This document shows, one piece after another, positions 27,430 through 40,818 of a stretch of 64,000 nt of DNA. Origin of the DNA: Octopus vulgaris. Its lineage: Eukaryota. A program made the position numbers and the translations under genes. The stretch covers positions 9,052,001-9,116,000 of the forward strand of contig OX597835.1 of assembly GCA_951406725.2 (NCBI GenBank), given 5' to 3'. The notes beneath the pieces were generated by a model that did not search any database, was not told the origin of the DNA, and was given only the letters and a program-made list of their open reading frames with translations. Numbering within the stretch: position 1 is the stretch's first letter; every line of letters starts with the position of its first letter.

Positions 27430-27740
27430 CCATCTAAAATAAGGACAGAATACTACAATAGTCTGGGTTTCAAGGGCCTGCAATTGTACAACATCCTGCC
27501 TGGCAATCTTAGAGATCTAGATGATGTTGATGTGGAAGTTTTCGAGGAATGTCTGGATAGGTTTCTATACGAAATACCACATGAACTCACGTCACAGCAG
27601 GAAACACAAAGAAGAGTAGCTCCGTGAAACTCGTTACTTCGCCAAAAGCAATACCAGAAACAACACAGAATAACTTGAGGTGGTGCACCAGCATGACATC
27701 AGCCCTGGGTTAAAACCAGTGAAAGAAAAGATAAAAGAAA
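27430..27740 (+). mobile_element. CR1-like LINE 3' end (ORF2 C-terminus and 3' UTR)
   Basis: Translates PSKIRTEYYNSLGFKGLQLYNILPGNLRDLDDVDVEVFEECLDRFLYEIPHE...NSLL, like CR1-clade ORF2 C-termini; ends in an A-rich tail. Confidence 0.75.
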
Positions 27741-28556
27741 GATAAATATGTATGTATGTATGAATGCATGTGTGTATTTTTGTAAGCATTTATGTATGTA
27801 TGTAAAAATCTATTTATCTTTTGATAGATATTTACATACATAGATAAATACATACAAACATACACATATGCATTCATACATACGTACATATATGTGTACG
27901 CGCGTGTGTATGCCTGTGTTTGTATGTGTGTGTGTGTTTGTGTAAATGCATGCATCTATCTTTGTATGGATACGAAAATAGCTTCTCCTGAGTAAGGAAG
28001 CATACATATTTAGCAATAATGTATAGCTTATAATTATATTATAAATTATTGCGAAATAATTCTATACACATCGAAAGAATTTTAAAGTTTAACGTTAGTA
28101 ATCGACAGAATCTTACAAATGTGAAGATATGAAAACAAATGCGAATATATGAAGATTCATGCAGCTCCAATACTTAAGAGCAACACTCTGTGAAATAATA
28201 AGCACTCCAGGGTGAAATGAGAAATAAATATACGACCAGGTTCTAATTAACAAACGGCAAAACCACAGATTTTCATGTTAATAGCTTACGAAGCAATTGG
28301 AAAATATTAAATAATGAGTATTTGCTAAGAAATATATAAGCAACTGCGCAGTTATAGCAAACTGTGTATATACACAAATATACACAAAACATGTTTATAT
28401 GAGCACAACACAAACTAAAACAATCGCAAATCCGTGCTTTTCATATATGATGTACGTGTCACTTTCTCTTCGTATGTGTATATACTAATCTACCTATATG
28501 TTTGTGTGAGCATGTGTGTACAATAAAACATATATCAGATAATAAACATAGATCAG

Positions 28557-28787
28557 AAGGCGGCACCTGGCAGAAACGTTGGCACACCGGGCGAAATGCG
28601 TGGCCGTATTTCGTCTGCCGTTACATTCTGAGTTCAAATTCCGCCGAGGTCGACTTTGCCTTTCATCCTTTCGGCTCGATAAATTAAGTACCAGTTGCGC
28701 ACTGGGGTCGATGTAATCGACTTAATCCCTTTGTCTGTCCTTGTTTGTCCTCTCTGTGTTTGGCCCCTTGTGGGTAGTAAAGAAATA
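28557..28787 (+). mobile_element. SINE family B
   Basis: Family B match; ATATATCAGATAATAA repeated on both flanks. Confidence 0.9.
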
Positions 28788-29148
28788 TATATCAGATAAT
28801 AAGCAAACTCTGATGAATAGAGCAGTAATTACTACAACAAAAATTATGGATATAGTGATACCCCAGGTATCCCCGATTTCTGGTTATACCTTTCCGGTCT
28901 ATAAGGATTGGTTTATCCGCTGGTTCAGTGGGGGGGGGGCTCATCATCATTAACGATTTTATATGTTAAGTCTTCAAACTAGATTTCTGAGCGTTTCTTC
29001 ACATCCACGACGTATAAAGTATAATTTTTTTGTCTTTATGTGAATTCTTTTGGCGAAGGAGATTATTATTCCTCGATGTTCGAACCTCAGTTCAAGTCGG
29101 TCATTTGTTTCACATTGTTTTTTTTTTTTTTTTGGTTTTTCACAAATT

Positions 29149-29550
29149 AAGGTGGCGAGCTGGCAGAAACGCTAGCACGCCGGGCGAAATGCTTTGTGGT
29201 ATTTCGTTCGTCGCTACGTTCTGAGTTCAAATTCCGCCGAGGTCGACTTTGCCTTTCATCCTTGCGGGGTCTATTAAATAAATACCATTTACTCACTGGG
29301 GGTCAATATAATCCACTTAATCCGTTTGTCTGTCCTTGTTTGTCTCCTCTGCGTGTAGCCCCTTGTGGGGAGTAAAGAAATAGGTATTTCATCTGTCTTT
29401 GTGTTCTGAGCTCATATTCCGCTTAGGTCCTCTTTGCCATTCATCCTTTCAGAGTCGATAAATTAAGGACCAGCTTCGTACTGGGGACAACCTAATCGAC
29501 TGGCCCACTCCACAAAAATTTCTGGCTTCGTGCCTAGAGTAGGAAAGAAT
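29149..29550 (+). mobile_element. Dimeric SINE family B
   Basis: Full monomer plus second monomer through GAAATAGGTATTTC (29377-29390); flanking TTTTTCACAA repeats. Confidence 0.85.
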
Positions 29551-30087
29551 GTATTTTTCACAAGTTACTCAGATATTGATATTAATTCACATGCGACAAA
29601 ATGAATTCTAAATTAAGAAAATACAATTTGGATTAAAATCATTACAACTGTTCGATTTCGTGTCGGTGTGGAAACGTGGAATTCGAAGAACATTAGTGCT
29701 CTGGAAGTATTATGCTCGTTTGCTTTTCTAATATTTGGCTTTATGAACACTAGTTATTATACTATTTGGCGATGTAATCAGCAGTCATGGAATGTATGAA
29801 GAGATTAATTAATGCTTACAAATTGTAGCCATAAAAAAAATCTCTTTAAGTAATCTTGAAATATACTGATGTTAAAATCAACTTTATTTTGTTGTTCAAA
29901 CATGTTGAGAAAGAAAACGATCAATTACAGACATATTAAAACAATTTTCAAATATCTTAATGAGTGTTTGATTGTCTCTGTAACAATATGCCATTATCAA
30001 CCTAAAATGAGATAATTTTGAAGGACGCTGCTAAATATTACAAAGTAGCTATAAAACGTAGCTACTTCAGTTTTAAAATTACGTAGA

Positions 30088-30554
30088 CTCTTTTCTCTTT
30101 TCTCTTTTCTCTTTTCTGTTTTACTTGTTTCAGTCATTTGACTGTTGCCACGCTGGAGCACTGCCCTTAGTCGAGCAAATAAAGCCCAGGACTTATTCTT
30201 TTGTAAGCCTCGTACCTACTCTATCTGTTTCTTGTGCCGAACCGCTAAGTTACGGGGAGGTAAACACACCAGCACCGGTTGTCAACCGATGGCTAGGTAC
30301 AAACACGGACATACAAATACACACACGTACATGCACGCACGCACGCACACGCACACACACACACATATATATATATATGTGTGTGTGTGTAGGACGGACT
30401 TCTTTCAGTTTCCGTCTACCAAATCCACTCACAAGGCTTTGGTCGGCGCGAGGCTATAGTAGACACTTGCCCAAGTTGCCACGCATTGGGACCGAACCCC
30501 CGGAACCATGTGGTTCGCAAGCAAGCTACTTACCACACAGTCACTCCTACGCCT
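30088..30554 (-). mobile_element. SINE family A (diverged)
   Basis: Family A match. Confidence 0.85.
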
Positions 30555-30579
30555 ATGTAATATTGTACAACTCATTTTT

Positions 30580-30708
30580 GCCAGCTGGGTACACTGGAGC
30601 AGCGTGAAATAAAGTGTCTTGCTCAAGAACACAACGCGTCGCTGGGAATTGAACTCATAGCCTTACAATCGTGTGTCGAATGCCCTAACCACTAAACCAC
30701 GTGCATTC
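30580..30708 (-). mobile_element. 5' fragment of a SINE related to family D
   Basis: Matches the head and GTGTTCTTGAGCAAGACACTTTATTTCACG region of 52369-52709. Confidence 0.7.
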
Positions 30709-30944
30709 ACACAAAATTGTTTTCATTACATTTCTTGATATTAAATGGGAATCCTCTAACTATATGGAGGATTTTCTTCGCCTTAGGAGAGAAAGCCATA
30801 TTGGCGCTAAGAGACTGTTTGAAACGGTAATTCTTTCGGGATAGGGGAGATAACCAAACGTTTTGTTGAATGCTCCCTCCTATCCCAACCCTCAATATTC
30901 ACTCCTATGAAAGTGTCCCGAGCACAAACGTAAGGACTTGATGA

Positions 30945-31176
30945 AAGGCGGCGAGCTGGTAGAACCGTTAGCACGCCGGGCGAAATGCGTAGCCGTATTT
31001 CGTCTGCCGTTACGTTCTGAGTTCAAATTCCGCTGAGGTCGACTTTGCCTTTCATCCTTTCGGGGTCGATAAATTAAGTACCATTTACGCACTGGGGTTG
31101 ATGTAATCGACTTAATCCATTTGTCTGTTCTTGTTTGTCCCCTCTATGTTTAGCCCCTTGTGGGTAGTAAAGAAAC
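30945..31176 (+). mobile_element. SINE family B
   Basis: Family B match; TSD-like AAAC(G/A)TAAGGACTTGA on both flanks. Confidence 0.9.
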
Positions 31177-32053
31177 AAACATAAGGACTTGAGATTTGCA
31201 ATTTGAATCCGGTATTGATATTTCGTTTCTTTTTGTTGTCGTTCTTCTCATTCTGTCACAAAAAATTGGGCAGGTTCTCCGCAAAGAATATAATAATGGA
31301 TGCGTGCAGAAATGTCAGAGCGCTAACCTATTTTAGGAGGCCTTACATCGAAGTAAAAGAGTTGAAATATATAATAGTTGCAGAAATAGAGTCTACAAAG
31401 AGCTGTGCCAGCGTCTCTCATTTTGCAAAAGACTTTCAAACTAATATTAAATGTTTTTTTTTTAATGGAGTAGAATAATACGACGGGAAATTCAACAGCC
31501 GAAAATTGAATCCCTTCGTCAGTAAAGTGGCGCAAAAGAAACAAGTAATTGAAGCGCAGAAACTGCTTGAATCAATTTTTTTTGTCTCATCAGTACAATC
31601 GATAATACTTCTGCGAACAGAAAAGAAGCAAACCGTTTGATGATCAAACCTAACATAGTGTCAGAAGTTTGAGGAAGAGACGATGGATCAACATATATGT
31701 TGAGATCCAAGCAAAGAGGCAATTCTAACGAGGTTTTGTTATAAACCAGATGATGGACAGAATCGGAGATGAGCGTGTAAAGAGACAAAAAGAAAAGTTG
31801 CACATCGCATAGAGACCATTAGCAACCATTTGGAAAAACAGATCAAAAACATCATCCTTGAAGACAGAGACAATTTTTGTACGAACATGTTTTTCATTAA
31901 TGAACAATATATTGCTGCAGGCGAATATTAAGTCCATTTGCCGTGGAGAGAAATGGAGACAATATACTAATAAATTGCAAGTAATGTGCACAAGAGAAAA
32001 TAAATCATACACAGACAGACAGACAGACACAATAATACAATAGCAGACGTGTG

Positions 32054-32096
<43 letters not shown>

Positions 32097-32914
32097 GCAT
32101 ACACCCACACATTCTGGTATCAAAAATGTTCCCGTACTATTGTTTGAAAAACACACTTATGTACCTAAGTTTTAACATTATTACAGTGTTTAACATTTCA
32201 ACTCAGAGAGAGCTGTGAGTTGCTGTTTATATCAAGCAATATTTACTCCAATTAGGTTCTATTGGAAATGTTCTGCCCTTGAATCAAGAACTTCTTTAGC
32301 GAGGAAATATTAAATAAGTAGGAGATTAAAATATGTATTGTTTCGATAAAATAGCAACTGAAATATCTAACTATTACCTGTATAACTGTTAAATTTGTGA
32401 ATCTTACATTTCTATCTGGTATACATGTTGCAATTTTTCAACATGTACTTTATTGCAAAAATTGACATGTCGTTCTCATGTAGAGAAAAGTATAAACATA
32501 ATGTAATGTCTCCAATTATTATTCGAAATGTAAAATTGACTTTAGACGGCAAAATGATAAAATGCTAAATACACTTTTTGCTGTTAACATCGTTTAAGAA
32601 AGAAAAACATTTGAATATTCTATTTTTCAGCATTTTATAATTTTTAAGCGGCGACATAATAGAAGCACAAATATTGGTTTCAAATTTTGGCACAAAACCA
32701 GAAATTTCGGGCCAGAAGATAAGTGGTTTACATGACACAGTGCTTAAAAGGTACTTGTTTTATCGACCCCAAAATAATGAAAGGTAAAATCGATATCAGC
32801 GGAACTTGAACTCATATCATCAAGATTGAAAAGTGCTTGCAGCATTTTAACCGGCGCGTTAACGCGCCGGCCAGTACACTGTCTTAGGTACGATGAGAAA
32901 TAACGATACATAGC

Positions 32915-33514
32915 TATTTCTTTACTATCCACAAGGGGCTAAACACAGAAGGGACAAACAAGGACAGGCAAACTGATTAAGTTGATTATATCGACCCCAG
33001 TACGTAACTGGTACTTATTTAATCGACCCGAAAGGATGAAAGGCAAAGTCGAGCTCGGCGGAATTTGAAATCAGAAAGTAGCAGCATACGAAATACCTAT
33101 TTCTTTACTACCCACAGGGGCCTAAACACAGAAGGGACAAACAAGGACAGACAAAGTGATTAAGTCGATTATATCGACCCCAGTGCGTAAGAGGTACTTA
33201 TTTAATTCACCCCGAAAAGATGAAAGGCAACGTCGACCTCGGTGGAATTTGAACTCAGAACGTAACGGCAGGCGAAATACCTATTTCTTTACTACCCACA
33301 AGGGGCTAAACACAGAAGGGACAAAAAAGGACAGATAAACGAATTAAGTCGATTATATCGACCCCAGTGCGTAACTGGTACTTATTTTATCGACCCCGAA
33401 AGGATGAAAGGCAAAGTCGACCTCGGTGGAATTTGAACTCAGAACGTAACGGAAGGCGAAATAGTACTAAGCATTTCGCACGGCGTGCTAACGTTTCTGC
33501 CAGCTCGCCGCCTT
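32915..33514 (-). mobile_element. Trimeric SINE family B with a single 12-bp TSD
   Basis: Units joined at 33090-33103 and 33274-33287 (period 184); ACGATACATAGC at 32903-32914 and 33515-33526. Confidence 0.9.
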
Positions 33515-33769
33515 ACGATACATAGCCTCACACACACACGCACACACACACACACAATTGTAGACACATATTCGAAGACATACATTTCTTTTTGAGTGTA
33601 AGGGTATGTGATTACGTCTGAGATTCCATGTTTGTCTGAACGTATGTGTTTTTGTTTGTTTTGGCAAATATAAAACTGAATGTCTACAAGTACAAATAGC
33701 AATGTATAATTAAAACTTCCATGTACGTAGGAGGAGAGTCATAGTTAAGTGTGTACATACATACATATG

Positions 33770-33801
<32 letters not shown>

Positions 33802-33837
33802 TGTATACATATATATATGTATATATATTTGTATATA

Positions 33838-33913
<76 letters not shown>

Positions 33914-34014
33914 CGGGGTGAGTACTTGATAATTATAAGCACCTGTGTATACCGTTTGGTGGTGTAGGTGGTGGAGTAAATTGATCAAAATAAAAACATG
34001 ATGCGAAGGACTCA

Positions 34015-34092
34015 GCGGTACATATGTTTCGGGCCTTTATTAGACAGATTTATAACAATGCATAATGTATGTCTGTGGCCTTCTTCAGCCGC
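34015..34092 (-). ncRNA. Type I hammerhead ribozyme (PLE-type, palindromic stem III)
   Basis: Minus strand: GCGG-CUGAAGA-A-GGCC...GGCC-C-GAAA-CAUAUG-UA-CCGC; stem III ACAUAUGU is a palindrome; cleavage triplet GUA. Confidence 0.8.
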
Positions 34093-35294
34093 GCACAACA
34101 GCTTCCACAAGGACATGTGTTACATCAAAAATTCTTGGTTGGGGATGCAAATCCTCCCATTCGCGTACGACATAATGCGGCAGCAGCATAGAATTGAAGC
34201 GTCCATCTCTTTCTTCTCTCAATGTAGGATGAGGAAAAATGGATGTTGACGTAATGTAAATAAATAAATACATGTATATACGTGAAGATGGAGGGGCGAG
34301 AATTCAGGACGAGGGATAAAAAATGTATAAAAAGTGTAAGTATAGAAAAATATAAAAATGTAGAGCATAAAGATATAAAGAGATATAAGGAGATGTAAAG
34401 GGGGTATAAAGAATATAAAGAAATATAAAGAAATATAAATAAATGTAAAGGCATAAGGTTATAAAGTAAAAATAGAAATAGAAATAAAAATAAAAGTAAA
34501 AAAACATGATAAAAATGTAACAAAATATAAAAAAATATAAAGATAAGGGATGTATAGAGGTTAAGGACCAAGCATGGTGGTCAGGAGATTGATAAAATTT
34601 AGTTGTAGAATTTTCAGTAAATCAACAGTTTCGTCTGGGGACCTAATGCGTTGTAAATCAGAGCTGTTGAGCGTTTAATCTGGTTCCTTGAATTATTTGG
34701 ACTTCTAGTACATACATACCAACATGGATACACACACCCATATACACGCGTACATATACGCCTCAAAGCCTATAAGCATACACACGCACTCGCGTGTAAA
34801 CATGCATATAAACACACACACACACACCCACACGCACGTGCGTACACATACATACATACAACAGAATATCCGCATGTATACACGGACACTATACGTGTAC
34901 ACACTCACATGTACATACGCGCGCCCATCCCTACATACACACACGCATATGCCCACGCTTCCAGGTCTAGATATAAGATATTAAAGGATGTATATAAGAG
35001 CGTATGTAAGGAATCACGTCTATGCGTGCACGCACACACGGCTGTGTGTACGTATGTGCGTGCACCTATACACCTACACACACACACAGAGACATATGGG
35101 TATAGCTATAAGATATCAAAATATGCATGTACATATATGCGCGCGTTTATGTATGTATGCGTATACATACGTACACGGACGTTAACATCTATATGCATTA
35201 TTTCCAAACATAGCTACAATACATATTCTGTGCAAAGTCAGCTATGTGTTTGAATTAGCATATCTGTAGGCATGTATACATCTAGAAATATATT

Positions 35295-35325
<31 letters not shown>

Positions 35326-35675
35326 CTGCATGTACACTCGCGTACGTACACACACCACATATATATCAGGCACATGTATACGTACAACAGGAATATGTGT
35401 GTGTGTATGTGTGTATAAAATATGATGGGTGTGTTGGAGGTATATGCATGTATGTACGGATGTCTGCGTGAGCTGTATATATGAATGAACGTATAGTTAA
35501 TGAGATTCTTGTTTGGAAATTTTATAAAACCAGACATGAAATTAAAGAAACGTCTCTCGTGAATTGAGATGTTTATTCTGTCAATTTCAAATTAAGTTTG
35601 ACTTTTGTTGAATACAAACACACACACAAACACACACACGCAGACACAGTCACATACATATATATGAATATATAC

Positions 35676-35707
<32 letters not shown>

Positions 35708-36155
35708 TTATGTATCTATATAAATGTATGTATGTACGTATCAATATAGATGCTGATAGGTATGTAAATTGATAAAGACAGACATGCATATATGCGCGTG
35801 GGTTTGTTTATATGTATGTATACACACACATATATACGTAGGCACAAATGCATGTATGTATATAAATATAATTATGTACACTTGTTTGAGTGAGTGTGTG
35901 GAGGTGTGTGGGGAGAAAACTCAATACAATGTTACGAATTTTTCGATTTGGTGTGCAGTGCTTTATGGAATGCAAGTATGGATGGTTTACTTTATACAAC
36001 TGATGATGATAATGATCATATTGATGCTGATGAGGACGATGATGGCGACATCGATGAAGAGGACACCGATGATGGTGATTTTGCTGAGACGTAAACATTC
36101 ATTCAGACATAGCAATTAATAGATTAAAAGACAGATAAAAGAGAAATAGACAGAA

Positions 36156-36320
<165 letters not shown>

Positions 36321-37094
36321 ATGCGTTTGCACTTCTTCGCTCGGAAGGCAGAGGCCAACAAAGACACATCAAAACAAATACGGAATGCATATATATATAG
36401 GTATATATGCATGTGTCTGTTTATATGTTTCCACACATGTGTGTATGAATGAATGTATGTATGTGTGCGTATGAATATATATATATATATATGTATATAT
36501 GGGTGTGTGTGTTTGTATGTATCTACGTATGTATGTGTGTATGCATCTGTGTATGTATGTATGTGTTTTTGTATGTATGTATATAGGTTTGTATGTATGT
36601 ACATGTGTGTATATATATGTATGAGTGTATGTATCTATGCGTGTATGTATGCAGGCTTTAACAATCTTCTCCTCACATATCGCTTTCTTCCTTTTGTCCC
36701 AAGAGATCAAAATTGAGAAATGTTATTAAAACTTGATGCCAGATCAGGCGAATCTAAAATTGCACTTTTGCAATTTACGTAACATCGCGGCTAGTGATTC
36801 TCTAGATGTAGATGTAGTATAAATCACAATTTGGTTGAGAATAATTTCAAATATATCACACATATTCTTCCTGTTTCTTTGAGATTTTCTCCATTTTTTC
36901 TCTTTTTTTTTGGCGGGGCGGGGTTCTTTTTGTTAGTAAGCATTCAGTTTTGCATTTCGCAAAAATGTTAGATGCGTGACTTTATCAATTTTTCATCGCT
37001 TAATATACATAAAATGCGATCAATGTAGGAAGGCTGTGCACGGTATTAGTGTCTCTCAGTTAGTATCTGAGCAGTTGTGTCGATTTGTGTGTAC

Positions 37095-37211
<117 letters not shown>

Positions 37212-37830
37212 CGAGTGTGTTTGGACATTTAATGATATATAGAAAAGTTTCAACGTTCAGAAAACTTTGACAGTGTCTTTGAAGTTTCTGCTTTTACCTG
37301 ACTGTGTTTTATTTGTGCACTTTTCCTTATGACGTTATACCAATTTACTTTCTTGCCTTTTCGACAACGTACGCCGAGTACTTATACCTGTGCAAGTAAT
37401 AATTCGGTGGGATGTAGGAAGAACAGATACAGGTAGTTTTTCAATTTTGGAAATGCGTTTTCTAATGTCACTGAAACCTAAAGAATAACTTGATTCTCAT
37501 ATCAAACAAAATTATCACTCACACCTTAACTTTATTCCAACAGACACCATTTAAATATCAACTTTTTTTCTCTTCCCCACTTTCCCACGTTCTCCACAAA
37601 AAAAGTTGCTGTAATAAATAAACCACAATAAATTTCATTCACGTAGATCCAGTTGCCGTAAATATAATTTAACAAGAATTGTGTAAAATCACCCAAAATG
37701 AAACACAGTTAAAGTGAAGGTGAGAAAATCGAAATTTCAAGTCAATATCCAACTTTGCCATGTGATCTTTCAGTTAAATGTTAAATCACAATTATACCTA
37801 ACTTGATATAAAGAAAATAATCATATATGC

Positions 37831-37919
<89 letters not shown>

Positions 37920-37983
37920 GGTATAAATGCCTATATCTATACATATATTTATATGTATATATATATATGCATATACATATGGG

Positions 37984-38032
<49 letters not shown>

Positions 38033-38291
38033 GTATATACATACATGCATACAGATAAATATGTGTGTATATATGTATGTGTATAACCACACCATGCAAA
38101 GTGTGATCAATGTGATATATGTAAGGTGACATCAGTGCGTAGTCAAGAAAGCGTCTTCATGGAAATTTTACCACTTTGTTATTATTTTTTAATAGCAATG
38201 ATGGTAGATGAAAAATATTTATATTACACTGGTACTGTTGTTTCTGAATGTGGCTCCAATGTTAATAATGTGATATTCATCTCTGTAAATG

Positions 38292-38340
<49 letters not shown>

Positions 38341-38346
<6 letters not shown>

Positions 38347-38683
38347 CAATATGAGGAATGGCCATATAGGACATTCGACTCACTAGGCTCTCTGCTGACG
38401 AGGAACGCCAGATGTAAATGAATTTAATTTAATTTAATTAATTTATTTACCAAAGTTTTGCCGAAACTATGCATAGTCCAGAGATGAAAGGGGTAAACGT
38501 TTTTATTTCTATTTCCATTTCAGAATTACAACTATTTAGCGGTATGAGTTTTGGCTGCTCTTTCTAGTGAGTCGAATGTCCTATATGGCCATTCCTCATA
38601 TTGTTTAATGTATATTATATAGTCTTTGATTATTTTTCCTATTCACTAGACCGCTGATAACGGAGAATTTTTTGCTACCCTTA

Positions 38684-38690
<7 letters not shown>
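38341..38690 (+). mobile_element. Penelope-like pLTR remnant with upstream 46-bp inverted copy, inserted in (TA)n
   Basis: 38341-38386 is the reverse complement of 38564-38609 (1 mismatch); an ~80-nt tail follows; contains a hammerhead; (TA)n on both sides. Confidence 0.75.
38389..38484 (+). ncRNA. Type I hammerhead ribozyme
   Basis: UCUCUG-CUGACGA(38395-401)-GG...CC-GAAA(38463-66)-CUAUGCAUAG-UC-CAGAGA; 6-bp stem I; palindromic stem III ACUAUGCAUAGU; GUC at 38476-38478. Confidence 0.88.
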
Positions 38691-38738
<48 letters not shown>

Positions 38739-39490
38739 CGGATTTTGACGACTGTTGTTCTTTATGGAACTTACATATACCAGGGAAAGAATACTAGAAC
38801 CAATTATGGTTTTATAGTTTAATGTAGCTACTTGGCAAACTAATTCGTGAAAAAGATCTCGTTTGAATTATCTTATCCAAGCAAGCAAGATACGAAAACA
38901 TAATCTTACAAAAGGATGAAATATACTTAAAATTCTATTTAAGCAGGCCCCGCTTTGTTATGTAATTTATATCGTGCAGATTAGCTACCAGCTAAATACA
39001 AATGCTATTACATATATCATTTATGCTGTTTGCTCAAATGAACATAGAGAATAGATTGAATTATAAACAGTACCGAACTCAAATTATATTTCATATTCTG
39101 GCTTTATTTTCCTAATTTATCAATGGTGTACTAATATTTCATGTTTAGTCATGCAAAAACATAGCAAAAACATGTAACAAAACAGGAATATATATTTTCA
39201 TAGGACTTTGAACTCTTTATTTTCAGCGATGACCGCAACACTCTTCACGTTTCTCATCTTTCTCATCCTACTTGCTAATATTGACACCACGAAAGGTCAT
39301 CTAGCCCTTGTGAGAAAATGTGTTTATTTACCGATATGGTCATAGGTATACGACAAGAAGGGAAACAGGAGGAAGAGAGAAACAGAGGAAAAAAATTTAA
39401 TGTTTTGCAATGAAATTTCAATGGATTATTAGATCAAATTGAAAACAAACATATGTTTCTGTATATAACTTATATTTAAATCTATGTATG

Positions 39491-39886
39491 TAGGCGTAGG
39501 AGTGGCTGTGTGGGAAGTAACTTGCTTAAGGACCACATGGTTCTGGGTTCAGTCCCACTGCGTGACAGCTTGGGCAAGTGTCTTCTACTATAGCCTCTGG
39601 TCGAACATGGTGGACGGAAACTGAAAGAAGCCCGTCGTATAAATATTTATATATACATATATATGTGTGTGTGTGTATATATGCTTGTATGTTTGCGTTT
39701 GTCCCCCAACATCGCCTGACAACCGATGCTGGTGTGTTTACGACACCGTAACTTAGCGGTTCGGCAAAATGGATCGATAGAATAAGTACTAGGCGTACAA
39801 AGAATAAGCCCTGGGGTCGATTTGCTCGACTAAAGGCGGTGCTCCAGCATGGCCACAGTCAAATGACTGAAACAAGTAAAAGGGAG
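39491..39886 (+). mobile_element. SINE family A (diverged)
   Basis: Family A match with an internal deletion. Confidence 0.85.
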
Positions 39887-40065
39887 AGAGGATTTATAGA
39901 TCTTATATCTTATATATTCTTAATGTTTCAGACGTTTCAAGAATTAGTCGACACGAGTATCTTTTAAGCCTGGTATTTATTTCATCGGGTTGCTTTGCCG
40001 AAACGCTAAGATAGCGACGGCAAACAGAGATTCAAAGACACACATACACACACACACACACACAC

Positions 40066-40128
<63 letters not shown>

Positions 40129-40636
40129 CATACATACACACATACATACATACACACATACATACATGCATATACGCATATATATGCGTGTATAAACACA
40201 TATATATATACTTTAAAAGTGTTTGTGTTGTAACGTATGTGTATTTCAAATGTGTTTCGAGCTTTATATTTTCGCTCTAGATTCCACTTGGAATATAAAT
40301 TGTAAAAATAAAAGAAACCTTGATCATATTCACTGGATCTGGCAAAGGAAATGCTGCAACGCTATTACATGAACTAAGAACATAAAAAATGAGTTTGTAA
40401 AAAAGACAACAATTTTATATGATTGATCATGACACTTCTCTTATATTCAGTGGAGAGACTTATTCCATCCAGCATAACGTGAGAAAGGCTACTCGATCTC
40501 CAATTCATTATCTAGCATTGATGTGTGTGTGTGTCAGTGAGTGTGTGTGAGCGTGTATGCGTGTGTTCACATACATACGAACATACGTACATACATACGT
40601 ACATACTTACATACACTCATACATACATTAATGAAA

Positions 40637-40711
<75 letters not shown>

Positions 40712-40759
40712 GTACATTCACACAGACTACACATTATATATAAATGTGTATATAAATAT

Positions 40760-40818
<59 letters not shown>

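Noticed and set aside
31203-32000. Possible decayed LINE ORF or exon
   Set aside because: No convincing motif in any frame.
32915-33514. CRISPR-like or satellite array
   Set aside because: Units are SINE B monomers without unique spacers, in a eukaryotic context.
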